This document shows positions 1 through 9,102 of a DNA stretch of 32,000 bases, one piece after another. Position numbers and translations under genes: made by a program. A model generated the notes under the pieces. That model had not been told where the DNA came from. It did no database searches and was given only the letters and a program-made list of their open reading frames with translations. The stretch covers positions 1,737,092-1,769,091 of the forward strand of contig NZ_CP048795.1 in assembly GCF_011006175.1 (NCBI RefSeq). Direction: 5' to 3'. Source of the stretch: Pampinifervens florentissimum (lineage in GTDB: Bacteria; Aquificota; Aquificia; Aquificales; Aquificaceae). The number at the start of each line of letters is the position of its first letter. Position 1 is the first letter of the stretch.

Positions 1-1
1 C

Positions 2-466
2 GGGGTTCCTTCAAATCCCGAGCTAGCCTTTGGAGCCATAGACCCAGAAGGTCGCATATACACGGACAGATGGACCATAGAATATTTTAGGCTTTCCCAG
101 GAGGAAATAAAGAGAGTGGCGGAGGAGGAGCTAAAAAAGATAAGGGAAAGGGAAGAAAAGTTTTTAAAGGGTAAGGAACTGGATGTAAGGGATAAATCGG
201 TTCTTGTAGTGGATGATGGGATTGCTACAGGGCAGACGGTTATAGCTGGAGTGGAATATCTAAAAAGAAAAGGTACAAAAAGGGTCTTAGTGGCTGTGCC
301 TGTATGTCCGTTGGAAAGCATGAGGAAGCTAAAAGAACATGCGGATGAGGTCTATTGTCTCCATACCTCCGAGAGCGGTAGCTTTGCGGTTGGCATGTTC
401 TATAGAGACTTCAGGCAGGTGGAAGACTCAGAAGTAGAGGAGCTTTTGAAAGATGGAGTTCTTTGA
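2..466 (+). CDS. phosphoribosyltransferase-family protein, 5' end outside window
   Basis: Frame is open from nt 2 (GVPSNPELAFGAIDPEGRIY...), so listed ORF 116..466 is only the distal part. PRPP-binding loop VLVVDDGIATGQT. Confidence 0.7.
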   Translation, partial: GVPSNPELAFGAIDPEGRIYTDRWTIEYFRLSQEEIKRVAEEELKKIREREEKFLKGKELDVRDKSVLVVDDGIATGQTVIAGVEYLKRKGTKRVLVAVPVCPLESMRKLKEHADEVYCLHTSESGSFAVGMFYRDFRQVEDSEVEELLKDGVL

Positions 467-968
467 GGTTCTAAGAAAACGACATTCCATAAGAAGCTAC
501 CAGAAAAGACCTGTTGAAGAAGAAAAGATAAGGGCTATAATGGATGCGGTAAGGAGTGCACCCTCTGCGGGGAATCTTCAGGCTTATGAGGTGTTGGTGG
601 TTCTTGATGAAGTTAAAAAGACAGAGGTTGCCCGCTGGGCTCTGAGCCAATGGTTTATAGCGGAAGCTCCTGCGGTCTTTGTCTTCTTTGCCAATCCTTC
701 AAGAAGTGCGGTAAAGTATGGCAAAAGGGGTACGGAGCTCTACTGCATACAAGATGCTACCATAGCCTGTGCCTACGCTCAGCTTTCTGCGGTAGCACTT
801 GGATTAGGCACCTGTTGGGTGGGTGCTTTTGAAGAAGCGGGACTAAAAGCCTCCCTTTCCACACCCAGGGAGTGGAAGCCCATAGCTATCCTTACAGTTG
901 GATACCCAGCGGAAGAACCAATACCGACACCAAGGAGAAGCATAGAGGACATATTCACCATAATTTAG
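453..968 (+). CDS. nitroreductase-family oxidoreductase
   Basis: 171 aa. N-terminal RKRHSIRSY and SAPSAGNLQ motifs typical of the NADH/FMN nitroreductase fold. 14-nt overlap with the upstream gene. Confidence 0.8.
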   Translation: MEFFEVLRKRHSIRSYQKRPVEEEKIRAIMDAVRSAPSAGNLQAYEVLVVLDEVKKTEVARWALSQWFIAEAPAVFVFFANPSRSAVKYGKRGTELYCIQDATIACAYAQLSAVALGLGTCWVGAFEEAGLKASLSTPREWKPIAILTVGYPAEEPIPTPRRSIEDIFTII

Positions 969-1127
969 GTTGCCAGAGAGGAGAAGGGTAAATATATTTT
1001 AGAAAGTTATGGGGTCAGAAGTTAGAAACTTTGATAAGGGCAGTAGATCACACTGCATAGTATGTCAACCTCTAAATCTCGTGGAATGCATAATATCCAA
1101 AAGGATTATACATACAGGAGGTTTTGG

Positions 1128-2840
1128 ATGATATACAAACAGCTCATGAAAAAGCTAATTGATGTAAGTGAAAAGGGCTATGTAACCTACGACGAAATCA
1201 ACGAGCTTCTTGGACCTGAGCTTGTGGATACGGAGCTCTACGAAGAGATAATGGACTTTCTTCAGGAGAGAGGAGTAAAGATAGTGGAAACAGAAGAGTC
1301 TGTGGAGGAGATGGAAAAGGAAGATGCCTTTACCGTTTCCACCGAGAGCTTACTCCTTACGGGTAAAGATGGGGACCCGGTAAGGCTTTATCTTAAAGAC
1401 ATGGGTAAGATACCTCTCCTCAAAAGGGAAGAGGAGATAATGTATGCAAAGCAGATAGAGATGGGAAGAAAGGTAATGAGAAGGGGGCTTTTAAGAACCT
1501 CTTTTCTCATTGACAGAGTTTTGAGAGATTGGGGAGAGGTATGCAATGGCAAGCTAAAGGCTACAGACCTTATGGATACGGTAGATGACAGTAAGACCAT
1601 AGAAGAATACGAAGAAAGCCACGAGCATTTAGAAAGATACTTCATAGAAAAGGGTTTTGAGTTGGCAAAGGCATACAAAGAAGCCCTCTATTGGAGAGAT
1701 TCCTACCTTTTCTACGCAACGCCAGAATACAAAAAGGAATATCTAAGAAGACATGCTAAGATGAACAGAATCCTCAAAGATATGAAACTCAAGCATTCCA
1801 AGTTTGAACGAATTGCGGATGAGCTTTTAAACCTATACAACAGATACACACGGAAGCTAAAGGAGTTTGAGGTAAGGAAGAAAAAGTTAGAAGGCATACA
1901 CCCAGACATAGAAGAGCTCGTGCGGAATTACGACCAAGACGAAACTCTACAGAAAAAAGCAGAGAGGGCAGGTTATGGCTTTGCAAGGTTTCAGATGCTT
2001 AGAGATGAATATCTTACCCTCAAGAGAGAAATAGAAGACCTTAGGCGCGAAATGGGCATTCTCCCAGAGGAGCTTCAAAGGGTCATACACATAATAAGAG
2101 AAGGCAGGACAAAGGTCACTCAAGCAAAACAGGTGATGGTAAAATGCAACCTCAGACTTGTAGTTTCCATAGCCAAAAAGTATGTGAACAGAGGTCTTCA
2201 CTTCCTTGACCTTATTCAAGAGGGCAACATAGGGCTTATGAAGGCAGTGGATAAATACGACTACAGAAAAGGTTACAAGTTTTCTACCTATGCCACCTGG
2301 TGGATTCGTCAGGCAATAACGAGGGCTATAGCAGACCAAGCAAGAACCATACGCATACCTGTTCACATGATAGAAACCATAAACGACATAACAAAGGCAC
2401 ACAAAAAGCTCTTCCAAGAGCTTGGTAGAGAGCCAACCGCAGAGGAAATAGCTAAGTATCTTGGTATATCACCAGAAAAGGCAAGAAAGGTGATGAGAGT
2501 ATCCCAAGAACCCGTATCTCTTGAAACACCTATAGGAGACGACGAAGAAACCCATCTGAAAGACTTTATAGAAGACAAGAGTGTCCCATCGCCCGAGGAG
2601 CAGGTTTCAAGAAAACTTCTCAGAGAACAGCTCATAAAGGTGCTAAGCACCCTTGGTGAGAAGGAAAAGGAAATTCTCATGTATAGGTATGGGCTTGTGG
2701 ACGGCATAGAGTATACCCTCGAGCAGATAGGCAAGATGTTTAACGTAACAAGGGAAAGGATTCGTCAGCTTGAGACGAAGGCAATAAGAAAGCTAAGACA
2801 TCCCGCAAGGGCTAAGTATCTGAAAGACTTTGAGCTTTAA
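1128..2840 (+). CDS. rpoD: primary RNA polymerase sigma factor (sigma-70)
   Basis: Region 2 ([32 protein letters not shown]) and region 4 ([29 protein letters not shown]). ORF is open from 1062, but AGGAGG sits 6 nt before the ATG at 1128. Confidence 0.9.
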   Translation: MIYKQLMKKLIDVSEKGYVTYDEINELLGPELVDTELYEEIMDFLQERGVKIVETEESVEEMEKEDAFTVSTESLLLTGKDGDPVRLYLKDMGKIPLLKREEEIMYAKQIEMGRKVMRRGLLRTSFLIDRVLRDWGEVCNGKLKATDLMDTVDDSKTIEEYEESHEHLERYFIEKGFELAKAYKEALYWRDSYLFYATPEYKKEYLRRHAKMNRILKDMKLKHSKFERIADELLNLYNRYTRKLKEFEVRKKKLEGIHPDIEELVRNYDQDETLQKKAERAGYGFARFQMLRDEYLTLKREIEDLRREMGILPEELQRVIHIIREGRTKVTQAKQVMVKCNLRLVVSIAKKYVNRGLHFLDLIQEGNIGLMKAVDKYDYRKGYKFSTYATWWIRQAITRAIADQARTIRIPVHMIETINDITKAHKKLFQELGREPTAEEIAKYLGISPEKARKVMRVSQEPVSLETPIGDDEETHLKDFIEDKSVPSPEEQVSRKLLREQLIKVLSTLGEKEKEILMYRYGLVDGIEYTLEQIGKMFNVTRERIRQLETKAIRKLRHPARAKYLKDFEL

Positions 2841-3690
2841 GCCTTTTGTATAGCTCTACGAGGACCGAAAAGTCCTCGCCCCCCATGCCTAAATATTTTG
2901 CGAGGGCGTATGCGTTCTTGACATTTTGAAGGCTAAAGCTAAAAGCCCCCAAGCCCTTTACCATATCTTCCGCATAGTGCAGGTCTTTGTGTATAAGGTC
3001 TACAGAGAAGTGAACGGAATAATCGCTCTCAAGGAGCTTCTTTTTTTTCACTTCCAAAAGATAGGACTTTCCCGCACCGCTCTCAAGCACCTCTATAACC
3101 TGCTCCCTGCTAAAACCAGCCAGCTCCCCGATGGCTATGGCTTCAGAAAGCACCTGCATAAAACCACCAAGCACCATATTGTTTATGAGCTTTAGCTTGC
3201 TGGCATCTCCAGCCTCGCCCACATAGAAGATATTTCTGCAGAACTTTTCAAAGATAGGCTTGTTTTCCTCAAACCTCTGTCTATCGCCACCCACGAGAAC
3301 CGTAAGCTCACCCCTCTCAGCAGGTATCACACTGCCCAAAATAGGGGCATCAAGGTAGTAAGCTCCCAATTTTCTAAGCTCCTCGTAAGCCATACGGGCA
3401 TAGCCGTAATGGTTTGTAGTCATATCCACTATGGTTTTGCCCTCCACACCGCCCTCTACAAGACCGCCCTTTCCAAATATGACCTCCTCCGAGGCGCTTG
3501 AGTCAAAGACTATTAGAAAGACCCTATCCACCTGTTTTATGAGGTCTGCAGGGCTTTCAGCTACAGGAAGCCCCAGCTCAAGGGCTTTTTCCTTTGTCCT
3601 GTTCCAGAGCAAAACCTCAACGCCTTGCTTCACGAGCCTTTTCACTATTGCCCTTCCAAGGTTTCCGAGCCCTATAAAACCCACCTTCAT
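2812..3690 (-). CDS. NAD(P)-dependent oxidoreductase, 3-hydroxyisobutyrate/6-phosphogluconate dehydrogenase family
   Basis: Rossmann start [19 protein letters not shown] at the internal ATG 3690 (ORF open to 3726). Family-typical DAPILGS segment. The 3' end overlaps the rpoD 3' end by 29 nt, convergently. Confidence 0.75.
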   Translation of the reverse strand: MKVGFIGLGNLGRAIVKRLVKQGVEVLLWNRTKEKALELGLPVAESPADLIKQVDRVFLIVFDSSASEEVIFGKGGLVEGGVEGKTIVDMTTNHYGYARMAYEELRKLGAYYLDAPILGSVIPAERGELTVLVGGDRQRFEENKPIFEKFCRNIFYVGEAGDASKLKLINNMVLGGFMQVLSEAIAIGELAGFSREQVIEVLESGAGKSYLLEVKKKKLLESDYSVHFSVDLIHKDLHYAEDMVKGLGAFSFSLQNVKNAYALAKYLGMGGEDFSVLVELYKRLKAQSLSDT

Positions 3691-3998
3691 AGTAAACTCA
3701 TTATAACAGGGCTTGCAGATTCCCAATCCTCGTATGTGAGGCTCACATAAGCCCTCTCAGAGTCAGACATCACATCCTCCTGCATGCCTCCAATACTTTC
3801 CACTAGTCTTTTTAACCTATCTGCCTTTTCCTTTGGAACGCTTATGGTGTAGGTCCTGCCAGCCCAGCCCTCGTAGCTCTTCTCAAGGTATATGTCTATC
3901 CATATGTCCCCAAACTCGTAAGAGAGCATAAAACCCATAGGCTGTGCAAGACCGAGGATTTTTGCCACCTGTGATATGTGAAAATCCAGCTGGTCCAT
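3687..3998 (-). CDS. hypothetical protein
   Basis: 103-aa ORF. Its stop overlaps the start of the downstream dehydrogenase gene (operon-like). No motif recognised. Confidence 0.45.
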   Translation of the reverse strand: MDQLDFHISQVAKILGLAQPMGFMLSYEFGDIWIDIYLEKSYEGWAGRTYTISVPKEKADRLKRLVESIGGMQEDVMSDSERAYVSLTYEDWESASPVIMSLL

Positions 3999-4012
3999 AT
4001 TAAAATCTTAGC

Positions 4013-4531
4013 ATGAAGTTTTTTATCCTCTCCATATTTGGCAAGGACAGACCGGGCATAGTGGCGGGAGTTTCAAGAGCCTTATATGGGATGGGCTTAA
4101 ACCTTGAAGATTCTTCAATGACAAGGCTCAACGGTGAGTTTACCATAATGCTTATAGTGGCTTCTGACAGGGATATAAACGCAGAGGATATACTCCAAAA
4201 CCTTCAAGAGGTAGGGCAGGAATACGAGCTTTTTATGGTGTGTAGGGAGTTAGAGGAAGTGGTATATCCTAAGGCGGAAGCTATTTATAGGATTGTGGTC
4301 TTTGGCTCTGACAAGCCTGGGATAGTCTATGAGGTATCTTCAGTCCTTGCAAGCCTTGGCTTAAATATAAGCGACCTTAGAACGGAAAAGAGGGGAAACC
4401 TATATGTGATGGTTATAGAAGCGGAAGGGCGAGAGGATGTAGAGGGTATCTTGAGACTTGAGCTTGAGAAGTTAAAGGACTTGTTGGGTGTTGACATAAG
4501 CGCGGAGAGGGAGGAAGAGGAAAGGCTATGA
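4013..4531 (+). CDS. tandem ACT-domain protein (GcvR-like)
   Basis: Two repeats of the ACT signature (GKDRPGIVAGVSRAL... and GSDKPGIVYEVSSVLA...). Confidence 0.65.
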   Translation: MKFFILSIFGKDRPGIVAGVSRALYGMGLNLEDSSMTRLNGEFTIMLIVASDRDINAEDILQNLQEVGQEYELFMVCRELEEVVYPKAEAIYRIVVFGSDKPGIVYEVSSVLASLGLNISDLRTEKRGNLYVMVIEAEGREDVEGILRLELEKLKDLLGVDISAEREEEERL

Positions 4532-5034
4532 GAAGGCTAACCATAATAACCTACCCAGATGAAAGACTAAAAACCCCTTCCCTTGAGGTAGTTTCCTTTG
4601 ACAAGAGTCTTGAGAGCTTCATTGAAGACCTTATATACACTATGAAAACCTCTCCTGGATGCGTGGGCATAGCATCTCCGCAGGTGGGGGTTCACAAGAG
4701 GATAATAGTGGTGGATACATCTAACTCTAAGCATAAGGAAAACAAGCTAAGCCATGGGCTGATGGTGTTAATAAATCCTGAGATAATCCAGCATGACGGC
4801 GAGCTTGTTGTAAGAGAGGGTTGCCTAAGCGTGCCAGACTACACAGGCAATGTGAAAAGGCATTATTGGATAAGGGTGAGGGCCCTTGACCAAAGGGGAA
4901 ACCTTGTGGAGTTTGATACAGAGGGCTTTGAAGCAGTGGTCATCCAACATGAAATAGACCACCTTGATGGTAAAGTTTTTATTGAAAGACTTGTTTCTCC
5001 CAAAGACCTCTTTAGGAGAAAGGTCTATAAGTAA
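4528..5034 (+). CDS. def: peptide deformylase
   Basis: All three PDF motifs present: GIASPQVG, EGCLSVP, HEIDHLDG. 4-nt overlap with the upstream gene. Confidence 0.92.
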   Translation: MRRLTIITYPDERLKTPSLEVVSFDKSLESFIEDLIYTMKTSPGCVGIASPQVGVHKRIIVVDTSNSKHKENKLSHGLMVLINPEIIQHDGELVVREGCLSVPDYTGNVKRHYWIRVRALDQRGNLVEFDTEGFEAVVIQHEIDHLDGKVFIERLVSPKDLFRRKVYK

Positions 5035-5053
5035 TCGCTAACTTTTCTCAAAC

Positions 5054-5082
5054 TTGATAAAGGTCATAATATGGTCTATAAT
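5054..5082 (+). promoter_or_regulatory. sigma-70-type promoter TTGATA-17 nt-TATAAT
   Basis: TTGATA at 5054-5059, exact 17-nt spacer, TATAAT at 5077-5082. Lies 33 nt upstream of the ATG at 5115, which has a GGAGG Shine-Dalgarno. Confidence 0.5.
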
Positions 5083-5092
5083 GTTAATTATA
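5077..5092 (+). promoter_or_regulatory. palindrome TATAAT-GTTA-ATTATA overlapping the -10 box (Fur-box-like operator candidate)
   Basis: Perfect 6-4-6 inverted repeat. About 13/17 match to the remembered Fur consensus core ATAATGATAATCATTAT. Sits upstream of a His-rich protein and TonB-receptor pair. Confidence 0.3.
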
Positions 5093-5114
5093 ACGCTAAA
5101 TTGGAGGTAAAATC

Positions 5115-5558
5115 ATGAGAATGAAACACCTTATATTAACAGCGGTGCTCGGACTTATGCCCTTTGCAGGTATGCCTTCATGGGCTCACGAGGGACACAT
5201 GCATCAACATCACACTCAGGCTCAGGATAACATAACCGTAGTAGTTAACCTAACAAGGGACAAGGCACCCTCTGCGGTTATGGCTATAAGGTTTGCCACC
5301 GTATCTCTTGAAAGGGGTAATCCAACTATAATTTGGCTTAACTCTGAGGGCGTAAGGCTTGCGGACGCAAAAGCAAAACCCTCTCAGGCAAGCAAGATGC
5401 TTCAGGAATTTATCTCAAAGGGTGGAAAAGTTTATGTATGTCCGCACTGTGCCAACGCGTTAGGGGTCAAAGAGCTTGTAAAGGGTGCAGAGTTTGGCAA
5501 GCCTGACATGGTTTTTGGGCTACTTTCTGAGGAAAGAGTGAGAATTATATCTTGGTAA
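5115..5558 (+). CDS. secreted DsrE/DsrF-like family protein with His-rich N-terminus
   Basis: Signal peptide, then HEGHMHQHHTQ. DsrE-like core (ITVVVNLTRD..., GGKVYVCPHCANALGV). Confidence 0.5.
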   Translation: MRMKHLILTAVLGLMPFAGMPSWAHEGHMHQHHTQAQDNITVVVNLTRDKAPSAVMAIRFATVSLERGNPTIIWLNSEGVRLADAKAKPSQASKMLQEFISKGGKVYVCPHCANALGVKELVKGAEFGKPDMVFGLLSEERVRIISW

Positions 5559-5569
5559 GGAGGTAAGAC

Positions 5570-7639
5570 ATGAAGAAGGCACTTCTTTTAGGGGCGGTTC
5601 TTAGCTTTCCAGCCTTTGCACAGGAGGTGTTGCTAAAGGAGGTTGAGGTAAAGGGCAAAAGGGAGACCTTTAGAGATAGCCTTGAAATAAGAGAGGTGAG
5701 AGAATCCTTTGCAAAGGATGTAGGTGAGGCACTAACAAAAATTTATGGGCTTCACAAATTCAGAAAGGCTGGAATTGCCAACGATGTGGTCATAAGGGCT
5801 TTTCAAAGGGACAACATAAACGTGCTTATTGACGACACCGAGGTTCACGGTGCGTGTCCCAATAGGATGGACCCGCCTGCCTTTCATGTGGACTTTTCTG
5901 AGGTGGAGAGGATAGATGTAGTAAAGGGACCCTTTGATATAAGACATCAAGGTTCACTGGGTGGTCTTGTAAACATAGTTACCAAAAAGCCAGAGCAGGG
6001 CTTTAGGCTAAGACTCAACGCCACTGTTGGTTCTTTTGATTTTAGAAACTTTTCACCTGTTATCTCCTACAAGGATGAGAAGTTCTACGGACTTGCGGGA
6101 TATTCTTATAAGTATTCCAAGCCCTACAAGGACGGAGATGGTAAAAGGATAACAGAGTATGCAAACTACAGACCACAATACATAAACTCCAAAGCCTTTG
6201 AGATAAACACCTACTGGACTAAGTTTGGCTTTAAGCCCTTAGAAAACCACGAGTTTGAAGTGGGTTATACAAGGCAGGATGCAAGGCATGTGCTATATCC
6301 AGCCCTTATGATGGATGCGGTATACGACAAAACGGATAGGTTTAACCTGAATTATAAGGTAGGAAAGATATCAGACCTGCTTAAATCTCTTGACTTTCAG
6401 TTTTACTATACGAAGGTAGACCACTGGATGGATAACAGGTATAGAACCTTTATGGGAAATCCATCAGGACCTTACTCTATGGCTACGGATGCTCAAACAA
6501 AAACCTATGGCGGAAGGATAGAGGCAAAGGTTGCTGACTTCACTTTGGGGCTTGAAGCCTACAAGAGAAACTGGGATGCGGTAAACTACATGTGGAATCA
6601 GATGGCTGGCACTTATGGCAAGCAGTTTATAATACCCGATGTAGATATAACCAACATAGGCTTGTATGGAGAGTATAAAAAATCCCTGACTCAAAACCTA
6701 AGGCTAGTTGCAGGTTTGAGGCTTGACAACACAAAAAGCGAGGCGGATTCTTCAAAGGCAAACACAAACCTATACTACGCCTACCACAATACGAGAAGCA
6801 CCTCAAAAACAGACACATATCCTTCTGGAAATGTTCAACTCTTTTACAACCTCACATCAGAGCTTGAACTGTTTACGGGTGTAGGTTATGCGGTAAGAGT
6901 CCCAGACCCACAGGAAAGGTATTTTGCCCTCAATAGGGCTATGATGTGTAATCCAGCACAGAATAACTTCTACTGTGCGTGGGTTGGCAATCCTAACCTA
7001 AAACCCTCCAAAAACCTTGAGCTTGACCTTGGTCTAAAACATCAAAGTGCCAAATCTCTCACAAAGGCAACGGTGTTTGTAAGCTATGTGCAGGACTATA
7101 TAACTGTCAACAATAAACCTGTGGTGAACCCCATGCCCATGGTTGCACCCGCTAATGGTAGGGCTATGACTTACGCTAACACGGATGCACGCTTTTGGGG
7201 CTTTGAACTAAGCTCCACATACAACGTATGGAACAATCTCTTCCTTGTTGGCGGAGCCAGCTATGTAGAAGGTAGGAAAGACAGAAAGCCAGCCATAGGT
7301 ATAACCGACAAGGATGTGGCAGAGGTACCACCGCTCAAAGGCAGGATAGGTCTAAGATACGACACTGGTATATGGTATGTAGAGGCAGAAACTGTAGCGT
7401 CTGCTACTCAAAACAAAGTAGACTCAGACCTAAAAGAGCAAAAAACCTCTGGCTGGGCTATAGTTAATCTAAAGGCTGGGGTAAGCTATAAGGGTCTTAA
7501 CATAAATGCTGGGGTGGAAAACCTCTTTGACAAAAAATACTTTGAATATTTCTCTTATGTAAGAAATCCCTTTGCTACAGGTGTAAAGGTCCCAGAACCA
7601 GGAAGGAGCTTTTATGTAAGTGCATCTTATCAGTTTTAA
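5570..7639 (+). CDS. TonB-dependent outer-membrane receptor
   Basis: 689 aa with a signal peptide and plug-domain motifs (IRAFQRDNINVLIDD, VKGPFDIRHQGSLGGLVNIVTK). Long beta-barrel part ending in the aromatic terminus ...SASYQF. Confidence 0.85.
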   Translation: MKKALLLGAVLSFPAFAQEVLLKEVEVKGKRETFRDSLEIREVRESFAKDVGEALTKIYGLHKFRKAGIANDVVIRAFQRDNINVLIDDTEVHGACPNRMDPPAFHVDFSEVERIDVVKGPFDIRHQGSLGGLVNIVTKKPEQGFRLRLNATVGSFDFRNFSPVISYKDEKFYGLAGYSYKYSKPYKDGDGKRITEYANYRPQYINSKAFEINTYWTKFGFKPLENHEFEVGYTRQDARHVLYPALMMDAVYDKTDRFNLNYKVGKISDLLKSLDFQFYYTKVDHWMDNRYRTFMGNPSGPYSMATDAQTKTYGGRIEAKVADFTLGLEAYKRNWDAVNYMWNQMAGTYGKQFIIPDVDITNIGLYGEYKKSLTQNLRLVAGLRLDNTKSEADSSKANTNLYYAYHNTRSTSKTDTYPSGNVQLFYNLTSELELFTGVGYAVRVPDPQERYFALNRAMMCNPAQNNFYCAWVGNPNLKPSKNLELDLGLKHQSAKSLTKATVFVSYVQDYITVNNKPVVNPMPMVAPANGRAMTYANTDARFWGFELSSTYNVWNNLFLVGGASYVEGRKDRKPAIGITDKDVAEVPPLKGRIGLRYDTGIWYVEAETVASATQNKVDSDLKEQKTSGWAIVNLKAGVSYKGLNINAGVENLFDKKYFEYFSYVRNPFATGVKVPEPGRSFYVSASYQF

Positions 7640-7660
7640 GCCCAGCATGGCAATGCTCAA

Positions 7661-7691
7661 GGCTCTTCCCGTATGGGGGAGCCCTCCTTTT
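7661..7691 (+). terminator. candidate intrinsic terminator after the receptor gene
   Basis: GGCTC(tt)CCC-gtatg-GGG GAGCC stem followed by CTCCTTTT. Confidence 0.4.
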
Positions 7692-7740
7692 AAGTAAAAT
7701 GTAAAAAATTCTCTACCAAATACACAGACAAGGTAGGAAT

Positions 7741-8475
7741 ATGAAACGCATGAGAGCCTTTATAGTAGAAGACGAACCCTTGGCAGTCCAAAGACTAAAG
7801 AGGATGTTAAGTCAAGATGGCAGGCTTGAGGTAGTTGGAGAATCAGGCACATACGAAGAATCCCTAAAGCTAATAGAAGAAAAAAAGCCAGAGGTTTTGT
7901 TTCTTGACATAAGGCTACCCGATGGCACTGGTATAGACTTGGCAAAGGAAGTCCTCTCTATGGGTCTAAAACCTTACATAATCTTTACCACCGCATACGG
8001 CGAGTATGCCCTTGAAGCCTTTAGAGTATCTGCGGTAGATTACCTTTTAAAGCCCTACTCTCAGGAAGATTTAGCCAAGGCTATAAATAAGGTGCTGGAA
8101 AAGAAAAGCAACTTTGAGCAAGTGTCTAATCTCATAAGGGTGGAGCGTCCTATAATACCCGCAAGAATTGGGAATAAAGTTCTGTTTCTAAGTCCAGAAG
8201 ATATATACTACGTTTAGGCGGAGATGGGCGAGGTAAGCGTAAGAACAAAGGAAGGACTTTTGCCACTTAGCAAAAAGCTCTACGAGATAGAGGATATGCT
8301 TAGACCATACAACTTCTTTAGGGTCCATAGGTCTTACCTCGTTAACCTAAACAAGGTAAAGGAGCTAAAGAGCGTAGAACAGAGCAAATATGTGATAGTT
8401 TTCAAAGATATCAACGAAACTCTAAAAACAAGCAGAGAGGGTGCAAAGGCACTAAGGGACTATCTAAATATTTAG
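7741..8475 (+). pseudogene. LytR/AlgR-type response regulator (REC + LytTR) interrupted by an in-frame TAG at 8215-8217
   Basis: ORFs 7741..8217 and 8224..8475 are in the same frame. The junction reads ...PEDIYYV*AEMGEVSVRTKEG, which is a continuous LytTR domain (FFRVHRSYLVNLNKV follows). Confidence 0.75.
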
Positions 8476-9068
8476 CTTTCCTTTTGTGGAACTTCCAATA
8501 TTTTAAAGAGAACCAATCTTATCTCTCTTATGTCCTCTTTTAACTCTGCCTCCGCATGACTTATTCTTCTGTTAGTTTCCATAATCTCAGCCTTAAGTTC
8601 TTGACGCGTGAGGTCTACTTTTGCATCTACCTTTTGTATTTCCTCCCTAAGTTTGTTTATGTCCTCCTTTAATTCCTGTTTAGAAGTTTCCACTTTTACA
8701 TCTACTTTTGCATCTACTCTATCTATCTTCTCCTCAAGTCTTTTTATTTCTTCCATAAGCTCCTGCTTTACCTTATCAACCTTTGCATCTACCTTATCAA
8801 CCTTTGCGTCTACTTTACGTATTTCCTCCTTTAGTTCCTGTTTAGAAGTTTCCACTTTTGCATCTACCTTTGCATCTACTCTATCTATCTTCTCCTCAAG
8901 CCTGTTTATCTCTTCCATAAGCTCCTGCCTATAGGTATCCGTCTTTTTATCAACTCTTTGAATGTCAGCTTGGAGTGCATCCAGTCTCTTATCTATATGC
9001 ATCATCAAAAACACACCAACTCCAACCACCGCACCTATAATCGTTATAGTGCTTATAATAAGCTCCAC
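8472..9068 (-). CDS. N-terminally membrane-anchored coiled-coil repeat protein
   Basis: One N-terminal TM (IISTITIIGAVVGVGVFLMM), then repeated VDAKVD / ETSKQELKEEI / RLEEKIDRVDAKVD units. Confidence 0.6.
   Translation of the reverse strand: MELIISTITIIGAVVGVGVFLMMHIDKRLDALQADIQRVDKKTDTYRQELMEEINRLEEKIDRVDAKVDAKVETSKQELKEEIRKVDAKVDKVDAKVDKVKQELMEEIKRLEEKIDRVDAKVDVKVETSKQELKEDINKLREEIQKVDAKVDLTRQELKAEIMETNRRISHAEAELKEDIREIRLVLFKILEVPQKES
8673..8928. repeat. two 94-bp direct repeats (5 mismatches) with 162-bp period, inside the coiled-coil CDS
   Basis: 8673-8766 versus 8835-8928, aligned by eye. The shorter motif TTTGCATCTAC recurs between them. Confidence 0.85.
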
Positions 9069-9102
9069 AGCGTGTATAAATATAGGCTTGTAGTTTATAC
9101 AG

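Noticed and set aside
1388-2734. Several minus-strand ORFs inside rpoD (1388..1678, 1712..1909, 1947..2417, 2363..2734)
   Set aside because: They are antisense to a confidently identified sigma-70 gene and have no motifs of their own.
5061-5070. 10-mer AGGTCATAAT shared with the palindrome region at 30171-30180
   Set aside because: A single short AT-rich match in 32 kb is compatible with chance.
8608-8934. 108-aa plus-strand ORF, and possible CRISPR-like periodicity in the TTTGCATCTAC repeats
   Set aside because: The ORF is the antisense shadow of the coiled-coil gene (Ser/Phe/Thr-rich). The repeats are in-frame coding repeats with variable spacing and no unique spacers, so this is not a CRISPR array.
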